A stretch of 64,000 bases of DNA from Octopus vulgaris (GCA_951406725.2 OX597828.1:30628001-30692000); one strand, 5' to 3'; positions 38,271 through 52,170 are shown, counted from the first letter of the stretch. Translations and numbers: made by a program. The notes: generated by a model from the sequence alone, not told the origin.

Positions 38271-41200
38271 TATAAATACATGGATACATAAGTACACTCA
38301 CACACGCATATATTACGAAAAGTAAAGATATGGGATTTAAGACTATCAATAAAATATATAAAAGCACACAGTTTTGTTGTACCGTTGATTACTCATGAGT
38401 TCATGACGAGCTTTGCTTTTTTTTGTCCCGCGGGTGTCCGAGAAACATCCTCCTTAACTTCCAAGCTGGGTGGGATAGCCATTTTTGTCACCGAGGACCC
38501 GACCATGCAACATGTTGTAGCGTGTTACATGTTACCACTAGCGCTCAAGAGTGACCTGACACAAATATGTGTGTATGTGTGTGTGTGTATGTGCATGCAT
38601 GTATGTACGTATACATGAATGCCCGTGCATGTGTGTGTGTATGTATGCATGTATATAAATACATGTATACGTTCTGCTTGAACTCTAAAAGCTGAATTCT
38701 ATTTCTTGAGGATATTCTTCTTACATATGTTCCTTATTTTAATTAGAATTGAATTTTTCCATCAATTTTATAGGTATTTTTATTATTGTTTTATAGCAAA
38801 TAATTTTATTATACTGTCCGAAAGTCAAAAAAGCCTTGTGCCATCTGGTTACTTTACAATATCATATTGGTGTAGTTCTCAAATTTCTGTACGGAAATTT
38901 AACGATTTTCATAACGTAGGCTTTCCCTACAGTAAATAATCTTGTGTCACAATTTCTCGAGTAAGTATTTTCATTTTATTCCTTCCATTAAAACAAGACA
39001 CCAATGGGAACTTTTAACACCGAGTATTTACGTGTTCAAGTATTTATTGTCAAAAATATAAACGCGACTATTTTGATGCTGCTTACATGCATATATACTA
39101 TTAGAATTAAAACTACTTACGGTTCATCCCAAACTTTATCCATAGCGTCCATAATTATCATATGACTATAGGCTAATTTTTTCTTGAAGTCGTCAATGTG
39201 CGAGCACGTTTCCCAGCTGAAATATATAAATAATATAATGAATTGCTAGGTGTGACGTTTAATAATTTATTATAAGTTAATATAAGTATGTGTATCAAAG
39301 AGAGAAACTGGAAAGGAACCGCTAGTTTTCGGTTCTTCAAAATTTATAAGGCACTAAAAACCCTGGTACCGTTGTGTTCATAGTTACACTGATTCATCTC
39401 TAGAAAATGTCGTTTAATTTCCACAATTAAAGAGGAACCTTTAACAATTGCCCTAAAATCCCATGTCTCTTGTCAATTAGGAATACTTCAATGGGCAAAT
39501 ATCAAATATTTTGCCTCTGATAACAATGTTATTCCATCTATTAATGAGAAACGTTTGGAGCTTAGTACAAAGTGTACTGTGGGAAACTGTGAGTATTGTC
39601 TTCTAATCTGAAAGAAACCTCTTTTATAAGATCTCTGAATGTCAATCAAGAGAGTCACTCTAAAAATTCTTTCATTTATTCCTTCACCAAATCAGGGTTA
39701 AGTTCCATTTTTCAGTGATATTCCCCGTCACATTCCTGATGTTTGCATGTTATCGCATGAAGCTGGACAATTCATAAAATTCACCGTCTTGTTATCTGCT
39801 ATAATCTCATACGGTAACTTAACTACCGAAAGGTTTAGTTTTTATTTTGAGATACATAAAATGTTTCTTATTTAAAAGCATTTGAACTTAAGACAAATGC
39901 AAATTTTAATTTAAATATAAATAACGATTGCATATATCTGACAAACCTCGAATATATCAGCCTCACATTTGAAACAAATAAACATATGATGCATTTCCGT
40001 GATCAAAGTACAGCTTGGGAACCCTAGAACTGTCTTTTTAATAGATGCAAAATGTCTACTAATGTCTTGTTTCTTTTAGTTATGAAAGTAAAATTATATA
40101 TACTATGAACTGTCGTAAAATATTCCATAATAAAATTATCTATGAACAAACCTGATATTTTAAACTTTCTTCAGCAAAATAAGTCATTTATGTCGAACAA
40201 AGTCTACTATAAAGATCTCTCCGAAGTTTATAATTCAGTTTTAACATTATATGCAGTAGGAGCAGAAATTTTTCTGAACAAATCTATTCTACTCAAAATA
40301 CAAATAATTCTATTATTTTCAATCATTTTGTTTCTAAATTAGTTCAAAGTTGCAGGGGATCCATCATTATAATGTCTGTCCATACCCAACTTAGACAATA
40401 AATGTAGCAATATAAATCAAGTCATCATAAGACAATCGTAGTAGTATAATATACGAATGTCTATTATGCCAAGATCCTTATTTTCTACAATATCACTACA
40501 TTAGGTTTTTCAATATGTTTTAACCTTTCAATCAGAAGATTGTCAAATTCCATTGTATACACAACCGATGAATAATTCAGTTCTGAATATATTCGGTGAG
40601 TCTCCAAATGCGATAAAGCTCAAAATTTATCTTACATGAGTTTTATATGCACATGTATGTGTATGTTTGTTAGAAAGTGACATTTTCCTATTTCTTAAGT
40701 AAACAAAAACATACCTCATAAAGAAGTTTTCCCAAGCATGGTCCCTTGACCTGTATTTCATGAGCTGTGATTCCGTATAACTTTTCTCAGCAGAAGACCT
40801 AGAAAGAAAATAGTGGGAATAGAAAATCACATATTGCGGTAGAATTATTTGAGTGTCCAAAAGGTTACTTTAAGTTTAGATGAATTAAAGTACTCTTAAG
40901 AAATGAATAGATCCCATGACAACGTCTGGTGGGAAGTTGAAACTGGAAAGGACAAAAAGCAATTCATTTGAGTAAGATTTATGAAACAGAAGGTCAGAAA
41001 TAGAAGGGGAGATAATCAGTCGATTGTAGAAATGAAAGAATTTGACTGGGATTTTATTTTATTATCTCCTAAAAAAGCATAATGATCTTGACTTCGGTAA
41101 GATTTCAAATCACAGTGTACCACACCGAATGTTGTGTTCCAAGAATTCATGTCCGACATTCTAACAGTTCCGTTTTGAGGATGATTAAGGTGCAGCATAT

Positions 41201-41279
41201 TTAGTACAAATATCAATTTCAACTCCTTTATAGGATATTTTATTACCAATGTTTTTGTATTTTGAAATTCCCACATGCT

Positions 41280-41770
41280 CTAGGATATCAATTTTAGAAT
41301 TTCTGCTGTTTGCTCAAATGTGTAGCGAGCTATATTGTCTGTTGAGGGTTTACTCTTCTGCTCGTCGTTATATTTGAGCCATGGCCCACCAACATTCCTG
41401 TCCCCAGTTTCAAGGTGGCTGTACATGAAGACTTTGGTTATTCTTTCATCACTCATCTTCACAGCATGACAAAATCTGTGCAATTGCGACTAAGATCTTG
41501 ATTCTACTTGTGCTTACACTTGTTAAACAGGTCGATATTAAGCACCCTGTCATTTAGTGAATAGATCCAGACTGCCCTGAGACGTCCTCTTTGGATGAGG
41601 TCTAGAGGGATGACGTGCTACTTATAGGGTTTCCATGATTGCATGCCATAGAAGAATGTAAAAATAATGGAAGCTATATGGACCTTTACTTTGTTGTCAA
41701 ATTTAATGCCTCTTTGATATTATAGGCGATAACAGATTTTCATAAATGGATTTGATGCTTTCACAATATG
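41280..41770 (-). mobile_element. RTE-like LINE 3' fragment
   Basis: HAVKMSDERITKVFMYSHL..GDRNVGGPWLKYND, typical RTE C-terminus. Confidence 0.75.
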
Positions 41771-41824
41771 GTTTATACATGCATACAGACACACGCATAT
41801 AGGCATGCACGCGCACATGGCCTT

Positions 41825-41864
<40 letters not shown>

Positions 41865-41969
41865 CTTTACTTTAAAGAAGTGTTACTGAATATCTCTCAA
41901 TAGATTTACAAATTGTATTTCTATTATATATATATATATAGATAGATAGATATAGATAGATATATAAAA

Positions 41970-44900
41970 TATGTGACAAGTATTCGGTAGCCATGATAAA
42001 ACTCCGAGCTTCGGATGTCGAGGCGGAAATCCACACCGGCATCTCTTCAGTTATCGGGCCATCGAAAAAACTGCTATGAAAATGACCGTTGAAACAAAGG
42101 GAAATTACTGTGTGATTGACCGTTATTAAGACAAAAGAGCTATTAGAATTACCGCTAAGTAAGGGGAGGGAGCAAGGGTAAGAGAGTAAAAATGTTCATA
42201 GTAATTGCATAAGCGCGCATGTTCATACATACACACCCATGTACGTGTGCCTATATGTATATACTCATCGACCCTCACTTGAAACACACACATACTCACC
42301 CACACATTCACCAAAAATATACTGATACCCGCATAGACGCTCGTACTCGTTCACACACACGCACACACACACACGCACAAAAACGTTTCAGACACACGTC
42401 TACATACGCACATGTACGAGACAAAACTGGGCTAAAGGTAAAATACAGGAAAATGAGAAAAAGTGCAAAAATATAAACAATAAGAGTAAAACTCGTCTTT
42501 TTACGGATGCCCTAACTATCACCGCAAATACCAATAGACCAGCAAGTATCGGATAAGGAGGAACATTATCCATTTGATGAAAACTTTCGGTCTTAGCATA
42601 ACTACAGACACCAACCTGGTGGTTATCAATTACCTAGGTGTAGTTATTAATATATATTTCATTTATATTTCTCATATGTTTTTTATATATTTTTAAAAAT
42701 ATTAATAGAGGTATCGGTTTATAGTTTTATTGCTCATATATATTTTTTACACATAATTTTTCTGTGTTCTTCCTCCCCCTCCCCTGCATTTTCCATGTTG
42801 GTATATAGACGAGTATATGGAATTTTTTTTGCGCGCGTGTAGATGTGTGCGTGTGCGCGGGCTTGTTCGTATATAGATGTGTGTGTGTGCGTGCATGCGA
42901 GTATGTGAGTATACAGACGTGTTTTACTCTTATTGCTTATTTTCTACACTTTTTAGCCATTTTTTCTGTATTTTGCCTTTAGCCCTGTTTTTTTCTTGTG
43001 TATATACGTATATAGACATGTGTATGAAACATCTGTGTGTGCGCTCGTGGGTGATCGTGTATGTGGGTATACTCAAAGTCATACTCGTCTGTCCAATATA
43101 GTTGTGTCCGCAACACCGAGCAGTTTATTACTTAAAGTAGGTTCTCAGAGGCGCACGTGAAACTAGTTTTAATTATTTGAACAGGAAATCCTAGCCTTCA
43201 AGTAAATTGGAGCCGGATCCATAGTTTGGGCGTCCACATTTTTTAACCTTTGGTTTCGTGGTTGTTTTGTAAATCTTCGCATTTGTTAGTAGCCTCTTTA
43301 ACGATTTGTGTTGCTTCTTGCAATTGATGCGTTTATGCGTTTTCGGGATGTCGTTCATTTTTGGATCTCCAGTAAGTAAAGGGAGATTTTGCACAATAGT
43401 GTTGTTTTGTTGTTGTTTTTTTAAAAAAACGTTTGGCTCAAAAAGCAAGAAGCAAGGCCCTGTAGGGGGACATGGAGTTATGTACAGGGTGGTGTTCATG
43501 CAAAGAGATTAGGCCATTTGTGGTCAAGGGAGACTTTTAACCGAGCTGTCGTTAGCATCTTCACTATCTCGTCCGGCAGCTTATTCCACGGATCCGCAAC
43601 CCGGACGGAGAAAGCCACTCTCCTTCGATTGAGATGAAATCGTCGCAGAGAGAGCTTTTTGGAGTGTTGAATGCCTCAATTTCTGGAGTTGTGTGTTGAT
43701 GTAGTGTTTTGAGATGAGGTGTGGTGTTATGTTTTGTTGTCCTTAGTGTTTTCATGTCTAATGTTTTGGCACGTTTAAATTCCCTGGTCTATAAGTGAGG
43801 GTGGATATTGTTTTTCAGTAAGCGTTGTTTTAAGGTCTTGAAGACGAAGGTCCCAAGCATTTCTACCAGACATTATTGTGCAAATCATTTATGCCAAATT
43901 GAAGGGTATATGTATTTTGATGCGTTTCGGGTGGCATGAGCTAAAGAGGAGATATTGTGTTGAGTCAGTTGGTTTATAGTAGATGTCAGATATATAAATC
44001 GATTGTAGACTTTATTTTATCCTGATGTCTGAAATAGGAGCTGTTCCTTGTTATATTCCATTGTGAATTGAATGTTACTACTTATCTCATTTGGCGTTGA
44101 ATTGAAATCCTTAAATTTGTCGATGTTCACCTTCTAAATAATAAAACTATCGTCCAGGTATCTTTTCCAATTTTCTCTTATGTAAAGGTAAAATGGGTAA
44201 CCATATTTTTGAAGTGATACTTCATATAAGGTGAATTCAAAATAACCCATTATTAGTTTCGCAAGAACAAGGGTTGTAATCGTTACCATCGCAATTCCGC
44301 ATAACTGACGATAGTATGTTTCATCAAATAGGAAATAATTTTTCTGAAATATAAGTTTTAACAATGCAATAATAAAGATCTTATTGATGTGTTCCGGGAG
44401 TACTTCAGGGTACTTTTCCAACCAGAATTTGGTTGCGTCTATTCCATATTCATATGGGATGTTGGTGTAAAGATTTATTACATTGAGAGTAACCAATATT
44501 GTCTCTTTAGTAATTGTTTTTGTTAGGTGTTCTAGCATGTCTAAATCGCCGCTAATGAAACTTTCCATGTATTTCAGCAAGGGCTTCAGTAGGATGTCTA
44601 GAAAATTGCTTAGACCGTGGGTGTCACAGGCTGGGCCATCTATAATTGGTCTTAAAGTTAAGTCTTTCGGCGTTTGGATATGTATATATGTGCCTGGTGA
44701 TCGATAGCAGGCTTCATTAATTATCTTGCTTTGTGTATTTTAGGAAGGCCGTAAAAAAGACTGGGTTTACATTTGAAGTTCGTGATGTAGTCTGCTTTTT
44801 TTCTGTCAGGCATTTTCCATGTAGAAGAATTAAGGGTGCAAGATTTTCCATTGTTTTTAGTTGTTTATATTTTATAACTTTTTCGTAGAAGGCCTCGTTT

Positions 44901-46080
44901 TCTAGTATGGATAATACTAGGTTTTCATTGTGTTCTGTGTCCATCAGGACTACAGCATTTGCTTTGTCTGCTTCTTTAATTGTCAGGTCTTTGTCGTTTT
45001 GTAGTTCAATTAAATTTTTCCATTCTAGATTGTTGCGGTTCCAATTCATTTTTCGTTTATGGGAAGTATATGGGAAATTTTAGATATGGTCGCAGAAGTC
45101 ATCCAGTGTTTTATTCCTACCCTCATGTGGAAGGTAATTACTTCTGCTGTTCACCAGTGATTCATCATCGTTGTTGTAGTCACTTAGTGATTATGCGAGT
45201 CGTTGTTTTCTGCAGAATTCTGAAATAATGTCTTTAATGGTTAGAGATCTTAGTGGGGTTGGAGCAAACTATAAACCTTTAGCTAGTAAATTGATTTTTG
45301 TTGTAGAGAAAGTTTTCTTTGATAAGTTAATTACATTGGGTTTCTCCTGTATGTTTTATTCCAACGTGTGTCCCTGTTTCTCTTCGCTCGGTATAAAAAT
45401 CTTTATTGTGGCAGACGTTATTATTGGTGATATTGTTATTGAGTAAATCAGTATTATTATTATTATTATTATTTATAATATTGGGATTGCTGGGAGGTTA
45501 GTTTCGCTGCCCGGGAGACTGGTTGGGAACGCGTTGCTTGGATTTTTTCATTGTAATGAATTGTTAGAGTGCTTAATTATGTTTGTAATTGAGGGTGGCT
45601 GGTTGTGCTGTTTGGGTAAATAGGATGATGTTCCGTAGGTTGAGTTTATTCGCCGAGGAGTAAAGAGGTCCCTTGGATGTTTCTAGTTGCTGGGGAGAAA
45701 AAGTTACTCCTAACTCTTGGTTGGTTTCTTCTAGTATTTCTAATTAGTAACTTGTCCCAGTTATTAGATACAGAATGGTTTACTTCTAGGTGATGGGTCA
45801 GCTTTGTGTGTTTGTTTTCTTTTGGATGTTGGTTGCTCTATCTAGCTGGTCGTGTATTTATTTCAGTAGATGTATTTGTTATGGAGTTTAGTTTTTAAGA
45901 AGGGATTATCTGAAGTGTAGTCTCTTTTAAACTGAGCTTCATAACTAAGGAAGAAGTTAACACTGTTTTCCCATCGTATCAGGGAATTTGTTTTTTCCGT
46001 CTCACAGCTGTCTTTCCATAGTTTTACAACGTTTTCCAAAAGTTGTTCATCAGCACGTTTAGTGATTTCGGTTTGCATTT
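41970..46080 (-). mobile_element. near full-length decayed PLE
   Basis: IKEADKANAVV, LYTNIP, YYRQLCGIAM, WKRYLDD, KKCGRPN; homologous to the 58304 ORF; long 3' UTR ending at (TA)n/(GATA)n. Confidence 0.88.
41995..42055 (-). ncRNA. type I hammerhead motif at the PLE 3' end
   Basis: GAUAA-CUGAAGA-GAUG...CAUC-C-GAA-GCUC-G-GAGU-U-UUAUC (A15.1G). Confidence 0.68.
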
Positions 46081-46421
46081 CTTCATCGATCGTTTTATAT
46101 GGTCCTTACCTTCGAAACGCGGAGTAGATGAAACAAGGACAACTGAAGAAGGGGAATATTCCTTGTGTTGTATGTCTTGTTTCACTGTTTTTGTCGTTGT
46201 TTCAAAAAAATTTCGTTTCTATGTTTTTGTTTTTATGTTTTCGTTTCTCCTTGTGTCCAACGTTTTTTTTGATGTCCTGTACCCTTATATGCATATATAT
46301 GTATATACATATATATGTAGGTATGTACATATATGTACGTATATATGCATATATTTATATATCATATATATGTGTGTATATATGATCTATCTATCTATCT
46401 GTCTAGCAACCTATATATCTA

Positions 46422-46457
<36 letters not shown>

Positions 46458-46460
<3 letters not shown>

Positions 46461-47041
46461 CCTTCAACACCATACTACAAAGCACAGCCCTACTAAAGGG
46501 AGACCCAAAGATGAACCGGATCCTCGAAACACACACCATCATTAAAAGTAAACGGCAACCAAAATCCTTGAAAAGGATTTTAACCCAAGCTACACTGCAC
46601 TCAACATCAACCACAAAACCAGCAGTTAGAAAATGTGGAAGGCCCAACTGCGGAATCTGTGTCATCTTGAAAGAAGGATCAGAATTTATACTGGAACAAG
46701 GCCACCAGTTCACCATTAGAACAAACTTCACCTGCGCATCAGAAAACTTAATTTACGTCATAACATGCGCAGGCTGCAATAGGCAGTATATAGGCCATAC
46801 AAAAAATAGCTTACGTAACAGGATGGCGGTGCATAAATCACAAATTAGAAACCCTGATTACCGCAAAATACCAGTCAGCGGACACATAGATAGATGTGCT
46901 GGAAATGTAAATCCGAAATTTACAACTAACCCGCTCTATAAATTCAGTGACAACGCAACCTTCACACAACGCCAAAATAAAGAACTATATTTCATAAAAA
47001 AATTTAGACCAAGTTTAAACACCCTGGGCCAGGAATACTAA
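46458..47041 (+). CDS. PLE C-terminal GIY-YIG endonuclease (5'-truncated; upstream part of ORF 46043 is microsatellite read-through)
   Basis: CGRPNCGIC, NLIYVITCAGC, QYIGHT, RNRMAVH, KELYFIKKFRPSLN. Confidence 0.85.
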
Positions 47042-47208
47042 AACAAAAGATAAGTCCTCCGAAAAGGAGAACCAAATTTCACCACGGCCGCTACTTCAAA
47101 CAAACACTCACTCTGACGGAAATATGCCTTAGTAAAAAAGGAAAAAAATTCTTTCATGCAAATCTGACCCTAATACATACGATACAGCTAAGGGTCAGAC
47201 CCGATTCT

Positions 47209-47580
47209 GATTGGTCAACAAGTTGATGACGTCTAGCTCTGCTAGAATGGACAGGATACAAACAGGGGACAGTCATTAGTCAGAATATTGATGACGTCCT
47301 TTTCTGCTTGAATAGTCACCTAACAAGTACAGACAGGGGGCAGATCTAATGTAGCTATAAGTCGTGATTGGGCAGAATCTGGATGACGTCCCGCTATACT
47401 TGACTAACGAAGCGACTGGTCAAGACAGGAAACAAACAAGAGGGAGTTATAATGCAGCGATTGGTCAAAATAATGATGACGTCCCGTTCCACTTGATTAA
47501 AGCCACCTAACGAAACGATTGGTCAAAACATTGATGACGTCACGCTACGCTAGATTGACCACCTAACAGGCATTATAAAA
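47209..47580 (+). promoter_or_regulatory. array of five ATTGG-N12-TGACGTC units followed by TATAAAA
   Basis: Units near 47210, 47275, 47367, 47460, 47518 (one ATTAG); tataaaa at ~47574. Confidence 0.55.
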
Positions 47581-47917
47581 CCGAGCATTTCACAAAAACT
47601 CACTAGAACCACCCAGCGAACTTCCACCATGGGCCATCACAATTGCTTAAGGTAAAAATGAATTCCTCGCTCTTTCGGAAACATCAATCTTCTGTATTGA
47701 CCGCTTTCCACCACTTTGATCTGTTTTTTGTATTGAATACGTATCGCCACCGTGGGCCACTGCATCGAACACTTTGAACATATACTTCAAACTATATATC
47801 AACTATACATGAACTATATATCAACTATACATGAACTCTAAGATGTCTGACTCCGTTGTGTATTATAAATGAATTTCTTGTGTTTGACGGCATGAGCTGT
47901 CTCTTTTTATATATAAC

Positions 47918-47960
47918 TTTTTTTGATAAGGTTCATTTCAGGAACTGAAACATGTTATAA
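47918..47960 (+). ncRNA. hammerhead-like motif, U3-A8 variant
   Basis: UUGAUAA-GGUUC-AUUUCAG-GAACU-GAA-ACA/UGU-U; stem I weak. Confidence 0.65.
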
Positions 47961-49489
47961 TGTATATATAAAAATTAAAAATTGTATAATACAGCAGCAT
48001 TTTCGAACTTCAGTTTTTACAAATATATATATATATATATATATATATTTTATATGTATAGGTTGAATTATAATTTGTTTGAAGGATTCAAAAAGAATTC
48101 AAATATAGATTCTTCATACTCGTGGCTTGCTGGCATAAGTCTGCGAATATGAAAATAATATTTCTTTATGCTGCATCATGTGAATTTTTGGAAAAGAATC
48201 CCATAAAACACAACGAATTTGTTAAAATTGGAGCAGAGAAGATGTTAAAATTTACGAGAAATTTAACTTATGCAGACAATCGTTTCCAATCACAATATTA
48301 AAATCATGCAAATTCATGGTTGAACAAAAATATTTAAATTAATTAAATTAAATTAAATTAAAGTAATTATATTATCAATGTTCTCTTTATTACAAGAAGT
48401 ATAAACGAAAAATTATTATGAAAGAGTTGATGAAGGAAATACCAGAGTATAATTTCGGATATTCATATTAACCTTATGAGAAAGAAAGAAGAAATATGAG
48501 TCTAGTTTGGTATAAGCTAAATCTAGGGTAACTAACCTTCATTTGAAAATATATGGGAAAAAGGTTTTATGAGACGTTCCCTGAATAGAAGTGTAAGGAG
48601 ATAGGTAATTCTAACTCCAAATAAGTCCTGTATGTAAAGAAAGCTGGATAGAAATGTCCAATAGAAAAGCATAGCTATGTTTGAATTTGGATACGACCTG
48701 ACAGTTAGAAACAATACTAAGTGATGTGTATATTTATAAAAAAATTGTACATGAGAATGAAGTTAAACTAGAGGGCATAGTGTATGATTGTCGGCTGGAA
48801 TGTAAGGTAAACAAGTAATAAAGAGGTAGAAATGCTTAAAGAGAGAAAAAAGTCACGTAAAAAGGAGTTGTGTTAGTGTAAGAAGTAATGTTAGATTGTA
48901 TGTATTAAATATAGGGTAAAAAAAAAACGAAAACAGAAAAAATAGTTGTTAATATCACACATTTGATATGGCTAAAAATATGAAAAAGAACACTCAGGGG
49001 TTTTATTATAGCATGCAGTGAACTGCAAAAATAACTATGTAAGGGAGGTAATAGAGCTAGGAATAACATATAGAGGATATAAATTATATATATCGATATG
49101 TAAGGTAATGCATTGACTATGTTTAATTATGAATAAAAGCATGAGTTAAGGAATTAGCTTGACATAAAGTAAGAAGGAAGTATATAGTGGTATTATCTTA
49201 GTAATTAATATTCAAGTAGTAGGTTATTGTGTATTATGAAAGTAAGAAAAATTTACGAGTAGTGGGTACACATAAGTATACAAAATATACAAAACAAATT
49301 ATATATAATGTCAAATAAAAAACCCTTATGAGGGAAAAAATTGTTAGTACATAGTGTTGTGAAAAGGGTGTGATGAGTGATTGAATTCCATACAAAGATA
49401 TAATATATAAAGATATTTTAAATAAATAGAAATATTAAAATATGAAAATATTTCTTAAAAGTGGGGAGGGGAGTATTATTTAAGATTAT

Positions 49490-51050
49490 TAAAAAATGGA
49501 GTTTGGTCATGTGTTTACATGAGAAAACCTTTTCATGCTTTGTGTTAACCAGATATCAATCCATTCTCATTACATTGTAGCTTTCTTTCAAACATAACCA
49601 ACAAATTTTAATATTGTATTTGTAAGCGGGGGCAGAAGATAGGATTTTCCAAGAGATTGAGTAATCAATATTGTTTCTTTGGAGGTGCCATTTTTTTTCA
49701 GATAGACCTGTGCCAGTCTCTTTTCTAGACTCCCTAAAGGAAGATTTATGAGTATTAATTCTTGATTTAATAGAATTTTTCGTGAAACCAACGTATATAT
49801 ATACTTAGAGGTGTTATGAGTAATAACAATTGCTTGGTGTACTACTTCTTTCAGTTTACTATTTCTGTTTATTTCACAAGTATCTGGGTCTCTAAAATTT
49901 AAATTTAAATTATTGGTTGGTACTACGCTGTCATGTCTATATTTATTAGGGTTAATGTAGTTTTGCTTCTTATCATAATAGTAGTTGTTAATTATAGGAT
50001 TATTGGAGTTGTTAGGAATATTTAATGAAATTTTTTAAATTATAGAACAGGTCTAATTTCTTATTGCTAAAAGAAGAGTTTATCCTAAAACGATTAGGAG
50101 ACACTGAAAATCCAAATCTAATTTTTTTATTATGAACTATTTTTTGCATATTTGGAGTTTAAATTTTTAATTATTATACTTCTTATGGACGTAATATAAT
50201 TAGATTTTAGATGTTTGGTAAAAGGTATTATGATCCAAGTAGTGATATTGCTGTTTCCTTTATTGAAGGGATTGGATGTTTGGGGGGTCAGCTATTCTCA
50301 CACGAGGTATTGGTTATTTTTTGCAAGTTTATTCCTAACTATATTAATATCACTTCTGTGATTATGTGTATTATTGGAGGGGGTTAGGTGAGATTAGATT
50401 ATTTTAATTTTTTATGTTTATTGATTTACTAATCTTATTTTATCTATAATTGAGCATTTCTCGTGTTTCTTGGGTTTATTAATATTAGTAATAGTGCTGT
50501 TAGTAAGGTATGAATTGCTAAAATTTATATTATTTTTTCTTTTAGTAAAGGTTTGGTTATTGTGCTCATATTGATTAAAATTATTAGCCTGTTAATTGTA
50601 GTTGTGAATTTCGTTTCTATTGCCAAAATTATGTTGATGACTATTATTGACAGCTTTTTTAATATATTTGTCGGGGTGTACTAATTCATAGGTGACTTAA
50701 AACGATAAATGTCGCCCTTTTAAAGCCTAGCCAGGCTCATGGGCCCGGTTTCTTGGTTTCTGTGGCGTATGTGTTCCCCCCAGCTGGACGGGACGCCAGT
50801 CCATCGCAGCGTTACTCAAGAAACAGGAAGAGAGTGTGAGAGAAAGTTGTGACGAAAAGGTACAACAGGGCCTCCACGTCATAGGTGACTTAGGTTCTTG
50901 ATATTATCTATGTGGTTCATATCAAGATATATTTTGCTATTACTAGTATTGATGCTGTCGTTTTTATTCTACTTAATTTCATATTTATATCCAGCCTTCT
51001 TAAGTGTTAGGTTATAGTCGTCTTTTGAAATTTTAAAAATATTTAAATTT
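49490..51050 (-). mobile_element. decayed 5'-truncated PLE of another lineage
   Basis: IFKISKDDYNLTLKKAGY; EVVHQAIV...KYIY; FSCKH near the end; interrupted by a SINE. Confidence 0.65.
50700..50878 (-). mobile_element. 5'-truncated SINE family C with 14-bp TSD
   Basis: tcataggtgactta at 50686-50699 and 50879-50892. Confidence 0.88.
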
Positions 51051-51179
51051 TTTATAAATATTTCTATTTATTTAAAATATCTCTATATATTATCTCTTTA
51101 TATGGAATTCAGTTACTCACCACCACCTCACCACATCTAACCAATACTATAGATTATACTTCCTCTATATCGCCTAATA

Positions 51180-51420
51180 AAATCTGGGTATGTCAATCCT
51201 CTGGTTTACACTCGTTTCACTTTAAACGCTAAGAGCTTAACAAAAGCCTTCTTTCAAATAGTAGATTCTAACTTCTCACGTCACCGTAAATACCGATCAA
51301 TCTTTAATAGATCTACCTTAATGTATCCTACTTGTCTCCACCCAATATAGAATATATTGTTATCTCCTCCAATAAACGTAAACTTATTTCCTACTATTTA
51401 AATATATAAATTCAGGAAGA
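51180..51420 (+). mobile_element. PLE fragment
   Basis: ILWF...KAFFQIVDSNFSRHRKYRSIFNRSTL...VSY...PNI resembles the PLE linker F...HK...IFNR.T.K.SY. Confidence 0.6.
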
Positions 51421-51960
51421 CAACAATACCAGTATTGAGGGAATTACACCACACTCGCAACCCTAGCACTACAGCCAGAATTAACCAAGATACAAACATA
51501 CCCGCGTCCTATGGAGGCCGATATGTAACTGGGGCGAATGTTGATACTAATAGCACCACCACTAATACTTATATTCATAACTATAATAGGGAAACTACTA
51601 CCACTACCATCACCACCACCACCACCACCAAACCACTAGACAATCTTGTTTTACTTGTCTAGCGAATGGATGAACACGATTAGATCAAAAGACAATCAAT
51701 AGAATATACATATAATATATGACGTATGTCACTATAAACAAACAATGATTGCTTACGTGTAAGGAAGGTCAAGGAAGATCAGGAAGCATATGATGTACCC
51801 TTTCATTTTGCTCTGGAGAAATTGGACGTTTACAATTGCATTGATTTCATAAAAACGATTTTGTGAAAGCGCAATATGACCGTGAATATAATCTGCAAAA
51901 TAAAACAAATATGCATTTCAGCGTGAGTAATTAAAAAAAAAAAATTCTTTAGAAATAGTA

Positions 51961-52129
51961 CAGATGCAGCTATGGCTGTGTTGTAAGAAATTGCTTCTCA
52001 TACACATGGTCCCGTGTTGAGGTCCCACTACATAGTGATTTGCACAAGTGCTCTCTTCTACTTTAGCCTCTACCCCGACTAAGCTATTATGAGTGGGTTT
52101 GGTAGACGGAAACTGAAAGACCGCTGTAT

Positions 52130-52130
<1 letters not shown>
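51961..52130 (+). mobile_element. SINE family A, 5' half
   Basis: tggctgtgttgtaag...tttggtagacggaaactgaaaga. Confidence 0.8.

Positions 52131-52170
<40 letters not shown>

Larger units (their letters stand above)
46458..48025 (+). mobile_element. 5'-truncated PLE inserted in (TA)n
   Basis: Intact GIY-YIG coding end, 3' UTR with motif array and hammerhead; both ends at (TA)n. Confidence 0.9.

Noticed and set aside
46100-46195. Possible permuted (type II) hammerhead GAAAC...GUA...CUGAAGA
   Set aside because: Stem I does not pair, and a competing hairpin (46128-46141 with 46183-46195) explains the structure
46043-46457. N-terminal part of the 332-aa ORF as a novel membrane-anchored GIY-YIG protein
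   Set aside because: Low-complexity T-rich and (TA)n read-through into a 5'-truncated PLE
47209-47580. CRISPR-like repeat-spacer array
   Set aside because: Repeats are degenerate, spacers are related to each other, context is a eukaryotic retroelement UTR and there are no cas genes
49490-51420. Another PLE palindrome (minus element plus plus-strand fragment)
   Set aside because: The two arms encode clearly different sequences over the equivalent region, so they look like separate insertions
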